A stretch of 64,000 nt of DNA from Girardia tigrina (taxonomy: Eukaryota). The stretch's first letter is position 1. Each line of letters opens with the position of its first letter. Shown in pieces: positions 13,190 through 24,931 of this stretch. The translations under genes and the position numbers were made by a program. The stretch is from the NCBI GenBank assembly GCA_001938485.1, contig MQRK01208173.1, positions 4,719 to 68,718 on the forward strand, given 5' to 3'. The notes under the pieces were generated by a model, which saw nothing but the letters and a program-made list of their open reading frames with translations, was not told the DNA's origin and searched no databases.

Positions 13190-14040
13190 ATGGCTGGCAA
13201 GCGCAGAAAAAGAGATAATATTAAGAAAACATTGAGAGCTGTGGAGAGAGGAGCTTCAATAAGATGAGCTGCAAATGATCATAAAGTGGACAAAAGCACC
13301 CTTCAACGACGAATAAAAAACCTTCATTCGAGTTAAGTTGATCGTCTTTGTATTCTCATTCAGAAAGAAGAAATTACCATAGCTTATACAATGAAGCAAG
13401 TAACTGAATGTGGCTTTGGATTCACTCATGAAATTGTCTCACTGCTAATTAAACGATATCTGGATAGCAAAGGACATATAGAATCACGTTTCAATAATAA
13501 CTTAACTGGGAAAGATTTTGTGGTTTCCTTTAGGAAGAGAAACAATCTTGTTACTCGTAAAGCTGACAATATTACAACTACTCGATCATCTATGTGTGCT
13601 GAAGACATAAATTCGTTTTTTGATGAAATGTCTGAAGATTGACGAAATTTCACAAAACAACATGTTTAATTTTGATGAGACGGCATTTAACGACGACCTG
13701 GGATCAAAAACAGTAATCGTACGAAAAAGAACAAAAAGGGTAGATGTTGTCAAAGAATACATCAAAGTTAACATCTCCTTGATGTTCTGCGGAAGTGATA
13801 GTGGAGTCCTGCTACCTCCGTATGTTGTTTACAAAGCGCAAAACCTATACGCAGGGTGGACGCGTGGAGGACCCGTTGAAACATTGTACAACGTGAATCA
13901 GTCAGGCTGGTTCGATATGGATATATTTGAAGAGTAATTTGAGAAGCTATTTGTTCGTCATGTCAGAGAAGCTAAACTTGAAGGGCAAGTTTTTCTGATA
14001 AGTGATAACTTATTATCTCATTTTTCTGTGAAAGTTGGCT
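13190..14040 (+). mobile_element. Decayed pogo/Tigger-like transposase
   Basis: psq-like HTH (RAVERGASIRxAANDHKVDKSTLQRR), CENP-B-type HTH (GKDFVVSFRKRN) and DDE_1 motifs FNFDETAF, GVLLPPYVVYK, SGWFD. Confidence 0.85.
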
Positions 14041-14363
14041 TTTTTATGTTATGTTGTTATCTTTTTTATCAAGTATTAATATTTCCATTATAGGTAAAAA
14101 ATAAATATTTTTTGTGTATCTTAGATTAGCTGCTTTTTCTTCATTTTTCAACAAGTTGGAAAATAAGTTCTACAGAATTAAAATAAACTCAGATTTTAAG
14201 ACCAAATATTTTTTTCAGAATTAAGAGACATGGAATGCGGTTCATTGGTAGTTTTAGGCAATTACATGAAAGTCGAAGTTGTAAAAACTAAAGTAACTTC
14301 AAAAAGAGTCTCTAATTAGCAACTTTTAAGGTATAAAATAAAAAGAAAATTAATTATTTTCTA

Positions 14364-14741
14364 CAGGGTGCCCAGTAGAAAATCAAAGGAATTTTTGAAA
14401 CTAAAGTGCATTTTATTAAACACATGAGAAAAGCAAACAATTATATTTACATAAATAATCTTAATATAATTAATATAAAATATTTATATATAATATAATA
14501 TAATTCATTTTTAATATAATAATATATAATTATATAATATAATTACATTCTATAATATAACTATAGGACAGAAATATCAACCAATCAGATGTAGTCAATC
14601 ACATCTATATCACATGCTTAATTAAATAAAGAAAATCATTTTGTTTTATTTACGTAAATATAAATTTGTTTGGCTTTATCATATGTTTAATAAAAGACAC
14701 TATGTTTTCAGAAATCCTATGGTTTTCTACTGGGTACTCTG
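14364..14741. mobile_element. Tc1/mariner-type MITE with long imperfect arms
   Basis: CAGGGTGCCCAGTAGAAAA ... TTTTCTACTGGGTACTCTG. Inverted similarity extends about 95 bp inward, with TA on the left flank. Confidence 0.8.
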
Positions 14742-16087
14742 CGTATTTTAACAGATAGATAAAAAAATGTTAACCAATATCACAAAAAAGTAAAATTTCG
14801 GAAAAAGATTCTAAATAATGAACAGTTACTTAGAACCGTTTAACCTTAACCATACTTTCGGATTTTGAGTATCGATTGACCGTTTCAGAGTTTTTTTATA
14901 CATCGCTCTTCTTTTAAATATATTGTTGGCTATTTTTTATGTTAGGTGGATGAAAAAAAAGACATTTTTACTTAGAATTTAGGAGAAATCTTTTCTTTTT
15001 TTAAATAATTCTTTTTATATTTTTTATATTAATTTTTTTATATTTGTGTTTTTCTCGGTTTCAACTATTTAGTGATGACAGATTAAAAAATTGATCCCAA
15101 ATCCGTACTGGTCTCAAACGACGAACTCATGTCTTTACAATACATATAAATAAAATATTACTGCAGATGAAAATATAAAATAAGAATATTATAATTTACA
15201 AGTTGTTTTTTACAAATATCAATGTTTTACTTTTCTTTTAACCAAGACATTAAAACTATTTCGTTGATATATTTATTTAAGAAAAAAAGTAAAACGAATT
15301 CTGTTTTTGATACTTATCATTAATGAAATAAACAATTGTAAAGAATTATTGTTTTTTGTTTAATTTTATTGCTAAAGAAAATAACAAGTCTCCCCGGAAG
15401 AACTCGCGGGGGAATACACTATAAAATAATGCCTCTGAAAGACTGCTTTCTATTGAATAAATCTCTCTTCTTTTTCGTCCATGAAACATTTATAACTTGA
15501 TTATTATTATTATTATTGATAAAAAAAGAAAAAAATATAATTTAAATTATAAATCGAAAAAAAATCTTTTTAATTGTACTTATTTAATTACTTTTTTTCG
15601 GATTAGTTGGGAATTATAGATTCTCTTTTTCCCATACGCATTTTAGATATTCTTCCCGCACCCGTGGAACGATTCCTCGAACTCGACTCTCAATAACTTT
15701 GCTTTTTTCCCAGACAATAATAATTAAATAATATAAAAATAATTGACAAGTTTATTGTTTGTCTTTCATTCATTTGTTTATTCTTTTTTTTCAATTTTCT
15801 ATTAAATAATTAAAATTGTTTTTTTTAAATATTTTTTGGAGAAATTAAAATAAAAGGAATGCAAATTGATTTATTGATAGATTTAATTAAAAATATTTCT
15901 GTCAATCAATTTTCGAAGATAATTAAAAAAAAGAGAAAAGAAACAAACAAAAATTTGTAATTCTCAAATAATCGATGAAGAATAATTAAACAAAAAAACC
16001 TTTTGTATAATTTTAAATAATAATTAATAAAAATGATATTTTTCAATATTAAAAGAATATTTTTATCAAATTATTACTTATTCTTAA

Positions 16088-16300
16088 CCCTTCGTGACAT
16101 GGTGTGACACTACTGAAACAAACCGTTGTAACTCTTAAAGAATCTTTAACTATTAACATATCACATTGTAAATCACTGTTGCATATCTGTTGCACACCGA
16201 TCGATACAACATCGGTGATTTATTAGTACCTACAGGTGGCGTTGGTGGTAGGATGATGAATTTTACGATGATGTTTTTTAAGATATTGAGTTACGAAGGA
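16088..16300. mobile_element. piggyBac-type MITE
   Basis: TTAA|CCCTTCGTGAC ... GTTACGAAGGA|TTAA. Confidence 0.7.
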
Positions 16301-16559
16301 TTAACATAGACTTGTATCTGCAGTATGTTCATTTAAATGTCGAAATGTAGTTTTGTTTAATCGCGTTATTAAAGTTGCTTGATGGAAACACATGAAAAAA
16401 TAACATAGTGACCTTGTTTATATCAATAAATCTCAATTAATGTAACAAGCTATCATCGGAAAATGTCAAAAATTCTTAAATCGATAAAAGTTTTTGATGG
16501 TAATAATATGATGTGTGAGCCTAAAACTAACGGTCATCGTGAAAATCACGAAGAAACGA

Positions 16560-16870
16560 GCATCAGAAGTTATTCCGAGATAGCTGGATGGTGCAGTTTA
16601 CGACGTGTGGAATATTCAGAGAAATGATTCGAAGGTGAAACATGTTGAAATAGAAAACGCACTGTTAGAGGCTTTCGGCATGACAAACATTTGTTGGATG
16701 AATATGTCCAGCATATCTGTAAGTTGAGTAAATATCCGGCTTGCGTGAAAACGAAAATATTTTAGTGTTGGTTCTGGTGACAAGTTTTTCGTGCGCCATA
16801 AGGACGAAAATGAAAACAACAATTAGATTGAAGACCTCGAAAAGATGACTTTGAACGACATTGTAAAAAA
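16560..16870 (+). mobile_element. Gypsy gag relic
   Basis: EVIPRxLDGAVYDVW...EIENALLEAFG resembles retrotransposon gag; stops present. Confidence 0.4.
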
Positions 16871-17796
16871 CGTTGTGATCTTTTCACAAAAAAAGAGAGA
16901 GACGGACAAATGGCCTTTGCGAACAGATCGAAATCATATCTGCTAGACGTCGTTTGTTTTAGATGCAGTTTCTTTTAATCTCACCATTTTGACTTCGCAG
17001 TTTTGACCCCGTTTCTTTTGAACTCGCTTTGTTTTGACAATAAATGATAATGTAAAAATTTGATCAAACTAGTATATCAAAAAAATATTTTTGCAAAAAA
17101 ACGTTTTACGATTATCCACAAATATTTACACTGAATTAAATAGAATGTTTTTGGGTTTTTTCCTACCATGCTTTATATTAATAGTTAACTATCTAATTGC
17201 AAAATTGAGTTATAAAAGTTTTTTGTATGAAATTTTCTCTTCTGCAAAAGATTTAAATAGTTACTAATAACTATTTAAATTTATTAAAAAATGTAACAAA
17301 AGATAACAAAAATATTCTGTTGGTCAAGCTAAGTTCTACCCTTATAAAGAATGGACATAAAAATGTTTTTTGATGTATTAGTTGTAGTAACAGCTTCTGA
17401 TAGACTTTTAAAGGGTTCATCTCTAAAAACCCTCCAAGATCGGCTCTTAAAAGTTCCAACCTTTTCCTATAGAATCTAAATTTCATGGAGTGTAACGACT
17501 TCATTAAAATATTATATAAGACAACCTTGAAAGAAGTTGACTGCCATAGTCAACTCCGAGTTGTTTGTTAGTGTCACCCTGCTCATGTGAAATTCTAACA
17601 TTTTCCAAATACCGCTTACCCATCTTAACTAAATTTAACCAGTTTCATGAAAAATTACCGAAATTTACGACCAATAAGAAAATCAATAACTTTCATGATT
17701 TTGCTTTGCTTTATATGAATAAAATATTTTAGATGTCAATATTGCGTCTTGTGAACGATAGTTTAATATTATTGATAAATAATTTAATCTAAGAAT

Positions 17797-17840
17797 CTTA
17801 AAACATGTTTCGATGTTTAATTAAATCATCATCGGCAATT
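17797..17840 (-). ncRNA. Degenerate hammerhead (same family as 22348-22389), probably heading a Penelope 5' relic (~17230-17840)
   Basis: Minus strand: aauug CCGAUGA u GAU...AUC GAAA caug UU. Core U4->C, weak stem I. Confidence 0.55.
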
Positions 17841-18349
17841 ATAAAATTTTTACTAACTATAAAATTAAATGATAAAAAATGGTAATACGATTAAATAAAA
17901 GTAAATATTATTGATTAATAATGGCCAGCAGCACTGTCACTCGTAACGTAAATCTATATTGATAAAACTCTACAACCCCTCACAATTAACATTCAAAATT
18001 TTCTAAGCCAAGCCGCGTCTTCACAATTGACCCTACTTAGCCGAAGTTCTAGAAAGAAAGTTAAAATTATAATTCTAGTCGATCTTTCAATAAAAAAAAC
18101 CCGTTAGACATCAACATCCCTGTGGTGCTCGAATATTAAACATTTTAAATTTTGTTTTAATAAGCGACTTTAAGTGGGAAATTCAAGAATCGGAAATTTT
18201 TGTGAAATTAATGGATTACTTATTTATTATCTAACGTATTGCAATATTTCTTTCAATGGGAAAAATTTCTTTCGACTGTCTTTGGTAAAACCCTTTGGAT
18301 CTTGTATTGTTTTCGTAAACACTTTAAAATTTTTATCGATTGACTGACT

Positions 18350-18555
18350 GATGATACTGGCACTTGTCCACTGGCCGGGTAATATCGGCACGCATTGCCC
18401 ACCCATCCAAACCACCTGGTTTCGTGAGAGTAGATCGTGGAGAGCGCCCACCGTTCCAAGCTGATCTAGCTGTCACACGTTCGGCGGTGCACAACGGAGA
18501 ACCAGCGCACATCGATACCGACCCGAAACGACTGGTCTGCCAATGCCACCACATT
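18350..18555 (-). pseudogene. Fragment of an alpha2delta/CACHD-like gene (VWA_N region)
   Basis: ALADQSFRVGIDVRWFSVVH...RWFGWVGNACRYYPAS resembles alpha2delta-1 EDANF...AVH...WQVFGSATGLARYYPAS as recalled. One internal stop; GC-rich island. Confidence 0.5.
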
Positions 18556-18556
18556 T

Positions 18557-18765
18557 TGATGCCCTTAGATGTCCGCGGCCGCACGCGGTACAATGGCAGT
18601 ACCAGCGAGTTTTATTCCTAGCTAGAAATGGCCGGGTAACCTGCAGAATCACTGTCGTGTTAAGAATAGTGAATTGAAATTATCCCACATGAACGAGGAA
18701 TTCCTAATAAGCGCAAGTCACTAGCTTGCGCTGCTTATGTCCCTGTCCTTTGTACATACCGCCCG
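18557..18765 (+). rRNA. Diverged 18S rRNA fragment (3' domain), a pseudogene
   Basis: Contains near-universal eukaryotic SSU motifs tgatgcccttagatgt, gccgcacgcg, aacgaggaattcct..taagcgcaagtca, and gtccctg.cctttgtaca.accgccc, with substitutions. Only about 210 bp are present. Confidence 0.93.
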
Positions 18766-18846
18766 GGGGAGAATTTTGCAGTAATGATTGTTTTTTTGAC
18801 TGCCTTTTTTGGGGGTGTGTTATATAATTTTTTATGGGATGCATGA

Positions 18847-19195
18847 TTGAAGGGAATCTTATTAAATTTGATTATTTGGGTTTTGTACTGTCGGCACCAT
18901 GGTTGTGTTGACTATGATCAAGTCTTGAGTGATGAATTGTCCCGTTTAAATAATGGACCCAGCACCCGGATGGTTGAGATCGGCATTTCATGTGATCAAG
19001 CGGATCCTCGATGGGAGAAAATTGGATGCCAAAGTAGAATTATATACGGCTGCAATAGCGCAGCAATTGACTGAGCGAGTTAAAAAAAGAGAATCAGATC
19101 CGATCGAGGGTCAGTTGACATCGAACCGGCAGATACTTTGCGCACGAGAAACGGGTTCTGACCTTCACAGCCCGATCCGGAGGCCAGCACTATAA
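18847..19195 (+). pseudogene. 5' fragment of a secreted/membrane protein gene, alpha2delta/CACHD1-like N-terminus
   Basis: Signal-peptide-like ILLNLIIWVLYC, then DYDQVLSDELSRL, a frameshift, then LRSAF...KVELYTAAIAQQL...NRQIL. Resembles CACHD1 DEAQVLASQMRRL...NKQVV as recalled. GC-rich island. Confidence 0.4.
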
Positions 19196-20559
19196 TCACA
19201 CAACTCCTACATTTTCTTGTGATTATTCTACTTTTCTTTTTATACTTTCTGTTTGGGATTGTAGTTTAAAATATTTATTTAAAGTTATCTTATTTAATTG
19301 CGCAATTTATTAATAATATTTATAAAAAGTAAATAATTACCTCAAGATCATTTTTCTGAATAATGCAGTTGCGGTCGAGCATCGCTTGTGAGTCGCTTTG
19401 ATTATTTTTTTCCAGAACACATGAGTCTGAATATATATTTCAATTAAAGATAAGAGACAATATAATTAATATTACATTAATAAAATTGTATTAAAACATA
19501 TATAAAAAAAATATTAATCCATAATGCATGAACAAACTGCTTTATATGTTGCATGGTAAGAGCGAATTAAAATAAGTGGTACATCTTGTTAAAGAGGAAA
19601 GGGAGAATTAATTTAAAACGAATTTTTAACTCAAATAAAAGAAAAAAATAAGTGAAATTAATGTTTATTTTATTTCATGAAAGATGAAACAAATTATCAT
19701 TGAAAATATTTACTATTAATTAAATAATAATTATTATTATTTTTTATTAAATTAATGATCACTTTAGTTTTATACACTTGTTATACACTTTTTTATCCCG
19801 AATTTTATATTATTTATTGAAACATGTATAGTATCAAAAATAATAAAATAAATCAATAAAATAAAATAATATAAAGGTAAGAATTTTTAATTTTTAAACT
19901 AAATCCAAAATAGTAGAATAAAAGAGAAATAAAAATTAACTACTTTTTCTTTGTAAAAAATAAATAATATTATAATAATCCACAGTTTATGGTATCTAAA
20001 TTCATGGAGTTATTTGTCAAAATTCGTCTAAATCTATATAATTTTGTAGTAGTAACATACAAAAATATTATAGTTTATGGTAACATTTTAATTCCAATAG
20101 CTTCTTTTAATTTGACTTTCTATTCATTTAAACTTTGTTGATTATCAATTATATAAAAATATATTTCTATAAAATTTATAACTAAAAAATTCAAAAATAA
20201 AAGAATAGAAAAATTGAAATAATTAATTAATTTGGAGTACTAATTGGATAAATTATAGTAAAAATAAAATATAATTACATAGTTTATAAATTAGAAAAGT
20301 AAAATAATATTAATAATAATTAACAAGTATTATTAATGAAACTTCTGCTTTAATTTTTAAATCGTAATTTTTATAATTTATTATTTGTTGTTTCGAATTC
20401 TGTGTTGATTTAACAGTCTGTTAAATAAGTCGGCTCCCGGAGCCTTTCTGTGAAGGCGCTGTACAGACAGCCGTCTCGATGCGGACTATGCAGGTTTACC
20501 TCAACTTTACGCGGATTCACTCCCTGTGCCTCATTTTTTCGCATTTTATCTGCATATAT

Positions 20560-21490
20560 ATGATCATAGTAAAGTTTTAGCTTGAAAGTAAAGTTTTATG
20601 GGAGGATAATAAAGCACTATATTACTGAAAACCTTATTAGTATTGTGTACTGGAACATTGTCTAGCAATAGTAAAATTTTTCGATTTTCATTTTTTCATT
20701 AAGATCATGTAACCCAACGGTCAAAAATTTCATAGGTCATCTAAGAAGTTTTGTAATTCTGGTATTTTAAGCTCATCTTAGAAAAGTCGAGGTTTTTAAA
20801 TCCTCTGGGAGATTTAAATTTCCCTATTAATAGCGGGGGCTCTTTTTCACCCGTTTCATTTGAGCAAAAAAGAAGTGTTACTCTTTCTTTAGAGAATTTT
20901 CCACCAGCATTTTCTTCGCTTCTTAAAATAAGTGTCTTTTTTGAAGGACACTTAAAGAACAACCTTGTTTCGTCACAATTAAATACGTCACAGTTAGTAT
21001 ATTTATTATAAAGGTTTTCAAATTCTGCCCATGATTCACATAAAACCAAAAGGTTTACCAAATCTCCTTCGCCAAAATAAATTGTTTTTGTTTCATATGA
21101 TCTTTGAAATTTCGATATCAATGTACTGGAAGCTTTAAAGTTTCCCATTTCCAATTTTTTGGCAATTTTTAATGCCATCTCCTCCAACATTAAGTTTGTT
21201 ATTGTGTTGTTCAACTTTCTCTTCCTTGATATCCAATCGTAGAGATGCGGATATATTTCGTATGTCTTTATATTTGAAACAATATTGCCTGCAATTTCCT
21301 TTTCATTCTCTGATTTATACTTCTCCAGGTTGTTAACAATTTCGTTTACCGTTCCAGCTGACATCTTAACTTTATTGACAAGAGATGTCTGAGTTACAAA
21401 TTTATTTTCCAGTTTAAAATTTGCCGCGGCCTGTTTTTCTGCAATTAAATATCTTCTTCTTTTTGGTTTTCTGTTAATTACCATGAGCAT
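20560..21490 (-). mobile_element. Tigger/pogo (CENP-B-like) transposase pseudogene
   Basis: 249-aa ORF with LYDWI...ALKIA...FKASS, VFNCDETRLFFK and SKERVTLLFCSN...PLLIGK. Continues past the stop as RKILLLLDNVPVH. Confidence 0.9.
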
Positions 21491-22347
21491 TTTTTAATCT
21501 AAAATAATTTAAATGTAAAAAAAGTCAAAAAGTTTTATACTTAAATAAAGTCAAAATTTTCAAAAAATGTTCAAAATTTTACAATATTAAAACAAAATAA
21601 ATAATAGAAAAGCAATGTAATATATAAATATATACTTTATGATCAGTGAATATTTAAAAATTACTAAAGTAATTTCTTATTTTAAGAATTTTGCTCGTTC
21701 ATTATCAAAAAAATTATTATCTTGAAAATTTCCCTCATTTCCTAATGAAACAGTCAGTAGACTCTCATTATATATATATATATATATATATATAAGCATA
21801 TGTTTTACTATCATTTTTGATTATATTAATTATTTTTTATGGAAAAATGAATTATGAAAAATTTTATGCAAATTACGAAAATAGATTAAAAATATCATAT
21901 AAAAATGAAAAAATGCAATAAAATAAAAATAAAATTTAATAAAATATTTTATAAATTAAAACTTCAGTACATATTTGTCTTTAGAAAAGTAAAATAATAA
22001 TAAATAACTATTATTATTAATGAAATAAGCCAAAATTTTTATTATCATTTTTGCTTACATATATTATATTTTTATTGAAAAATGCATTACGAAATTATTT
22101 ATGCAAATTATGAAAATAGATTAAACATATAATGGAAAAATGAGAAAATAAAAATGTTTTTATTATTAATAATTAATGCAACATGTATTTGTTGGTTTAT
22201 TTTCTTTTAAAATTACTGTTTTATCGTAGTAAAAAAGTGTATGGATAAAATAAATTCATCTTGAAAAAAACATTCAGAGATTAAGATATATATATATATA
22301 TATATATTTCGAAAATATAATTTGATCAAAGCTTTTTTAATACAACT

Positions 22348-22389
22348 ATTGGACATGTTTCGATTTTTAAAAAAATCATCATCAGCAAT
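22348..22389 (-). ncRNA. Intact minimal type I hammerhead ribozyme, sense to the protocadherin pre-mRNA
   Basis: auug CUGAUGA u GAUUUU-uuua-AAAAUC GAAA caug UC caau. Canonical core, GUC cleavage triplet, palindromic ACAUGU stem III, 4-bp stem I. Confidence 0.85.
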
Positions 22390-22402
22390 TTTCTATTGAA
22401 TT

Positions 22403-23258
22403 NNNNNNNNNNNNNNNNNNNNNNNNNNNNNNNNNNNNNNNNNNNNNNNNNNNNNNNNNNNNNNNNNNNNNNNNNNNNNNNNNNNNNNNNNNNNNNNNNN
22501 NNNNNNNNNNNNNNNNNNNNNNNNNNNNNNNNNNNNNNNNNNNNNNNNNNNNNNNNNNNNNNNNNNNNNNNNNNNNNNNNNNNNNNNNNNNNNNNNNNNN
22601 NNNNNNNNNNNNNNNNNNNNNNNNNNNNNNNNNNNNNNNNNNNNNNNNNNNNNNNNNNNNNNNNNNNNNNNNNNNNNNNNNNNNNNNNNNNNNNNNNNNN
22701 NNNNNNNNNNNNNNNNNNNNNNNNNNNNNNNNNNNNNNNNNNNNNNNNNNNNNNNNNNNNNNNNNNNNNNNNNNNNNNNNNNNNNNNNNNNNNNNNNNNN
22801 NNNNNNNNNNNNNNNNNNNNNNNNNNNNNNNNNNNNNNNNNNNNNNNNNNNNNNNNNNNNNNNNNNNNNNNNNNNNNNNNNNNNNNNNNNNNNNNNNNNN
22901 NNNNNNNNNNNNNNNNNNNNNNNNNNNNNNNNNNNNNNNNNNNNNNNNNNNNNNNNNNNNNNNNNNNNNNNNNNNNNNNNNNNNNNNNNNNNNNNNNNNN
23001 NNNNNNNNNNNNNNNNNNNNNNNNNNNNNNNNNNNNNNNNNNNNNNNNNNNNNNNNNNNNNNNNNNNNNNNNNNNNNNNNNNNNNNNNNNNNNNNNNNNN
23101 NNNNNNNNNNNNNNNNNNNNNNNNNNNNNNNNNNNNNNNNNNNNNNNNNNNNNNNNNNNNNNNNNNNNNNNNNNNNNNNNNNNNNNNNNNNNNNNNNNNN
23201 NNNNNNNNNNNNNNNNNNNNNNNNNNNNNNNNNNNNNNNNNNNNNNNNNNNNNNNNNT
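22403..23258. other. Assembly gap (others at 27697-27912 and 32369-32728)
   Basis: Runs of N. Confidence 1.
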
Positions 23259-23353
23259 TTTTTAAAAATCGAAACATGTCCAATAGTTGTATTAAAAAAG
23301 CTTTGATCAAATTATATTTTCGAAATACTAAACTTGCGTTCACAAGACTCAAT

Positions 23354-23374
23354 AATATATATATATATATATAT

Positions 23375-23425
<51 letters not shown>
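23354..23425. repeat. (TA)n microsatellite
   Basis: Imperfect TA run. Similar runs occur at ~21770, 22286, 30065, 32342 and 63191. Confidence 0.9.
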
Positions 23426-23428
<3 letters not shown>

Positions 23429-23499
23429 AACCCCGTTAACATTCCTCCAAAAACCCTCGGTAACATTCCAAGTGATGCCAACTCTGACGGCATCTAGAA

Positions 23500-24250
23500 A
23501 CAAATCTCAGCGAATATAAAGATAAACTCCAAGATTTTTTAGCAAAACGAATGAATCTTAAAGGAGATAAATTAACATAGTCTAAATATGCTGGCAGTGA
23601 TAAAAAAACTGAAATGCTCATATAAGCTGTTATACATATATCTACATCAAAAAAGGTATATATAATAGGTGCGATGTGGTTAAAACCTTGTATGAAGGAT
23701 ATATGCGATAAAATAATTGGAACAGACTTTGGAACAAATTGTTTTAGATTACTTACGAATAGACTAGACAAAGTATAAAAAATTGGAAAGGAAATTATCA
23801 GAGAAAAAAAGCAAAATAATTGTTTCAGGAAGCCGTAACAACGAGGTTAATCTGGAGGTCGACATTGAAGGGGGGGAAGCAGGAACAAGTTATGAGTTTT
23901 AAATACATAGGCTCCACTATCATTGAGAATTGAAGAATGAAAGTAGAAATTTGAGACAGGATTGGAAGAGAGAACAAATGACTTTGTCTGGAAGAGAGTG
24001 TCAGAATCACTAGGTGAAAGACATGAATCAGTAAGAGTCATGTAAAGAGGAGGAAGATGGACTTCTTTGGACCTTAGATAACAAAAGTAGGTCTAGTAAA
24101 GGAAGGAGGCAGACCAAATAGACGATGGACAGATAATCTAAAAGAATGGAGTTGATTGAATATGGATGGTCTGAGAAGAGAGACTACAAATAGAGAGATG
24201 TGTCGAAGGCTTGTGTACAATTGGGTGCGCCGATAGCCCAACGCCTAATT
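23500..24250 (+). mobile_element. RTE-clade LINE 3' relic
   Basis: EQVMSFKYIGSTI...EIxDRIGR and GGRPNRRWTDNLKEW motifs. Its 3' end recurs inverted at ~25950-26035. Confidence 0.75.
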
Positions 24251-24708
24251 TCAAAAAGAAAAAAAATTGAAGAAAAGAAAATTTTGAATAAACTGTTTTA
24301 GTTTTAATGTTTGAATAGTATATGTAGTACCTGCAAAACGCTTTCCTCTTCATAGTATGTATATAGAAACATTTTTGTCTAAATAATAATGCAAAATTTG
24401 AAAATCAAACGTAATTGTTGTGGTCGCGTTGTCATGGATTTTGAGGACCGTTGTTCAATATTGCTGACAGACACAAAGAAACAATGTTCCTTGATTCTAT
24501 CTTTGAAAAAATACATTGTTGTCCGATTTACCTTTAGGTATAAACATAATTAAAAATTATTTATTTCTGTAAAACACATTTCTAGTTGTAAATTTAAAAA
24601 GCTAAATTAAAATCAAAAAAATTATTTATGAAATTTAAAATAAATCAAGAAGCTTAGAAGTATACAGAATTTTGATTCAAAAGTTAATAAGGTATTAAAA
24701 ATTCTTAC

Positions 24709-24931
24709 CGTGATTGGCATTGAACCTTTCGCATTTCTTTATGGTGATAATCAACACCATTAGGATCACCATGATGAACAAGCCAGCTAAGGACGCCAGA
24801 ATAATGATCATGGTTATTTGCCGGATGTCGTCTTTCGCTTGATCGGGTCGGTGGATTTTGCTGCTCGGCGGTTGGTTTTTCGAGTTACCCATACCGTTTG
24901 GATCATTTTTGAAAATAATTGTAAAGGTTTC
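24709..24931 (-). CDS. Protocadherin exon 2: end of EC7, juxtamembrane region and transmembrane helix
   Basis: Acceptor ttattttag|GAA (phase 0) joins exon 1 as SMQAE|ETFTIIFKNDPNG. TM helix ITMIIILASLAGLFIMVILMVLIITI is followed by KK. Donor G|GTAAGA is phase 1. Confidence 0.88.

Larger units (their letters stand above)
22306..23326. repeat. Inverted repeat flanking assembly gap 22403-23258 (probable inverted Penelope pLTRs)
   Basis: 23259-23326 is the reverse complement of ~22306-22373 and includes the 3' half of the hammerhead. Confidence 0.75.

Noticed and set aside
18557-18765. Functional rRNA gene
   Set aside because: Only about 210 bp, mutated at universally conserved positions, with no ITS, 5.8S or 28S context.
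22393-23352. Long poly-X ORFs (also 27592-27955 and 32248-32833)
   Set aside because: Artefacts of N-gaps.
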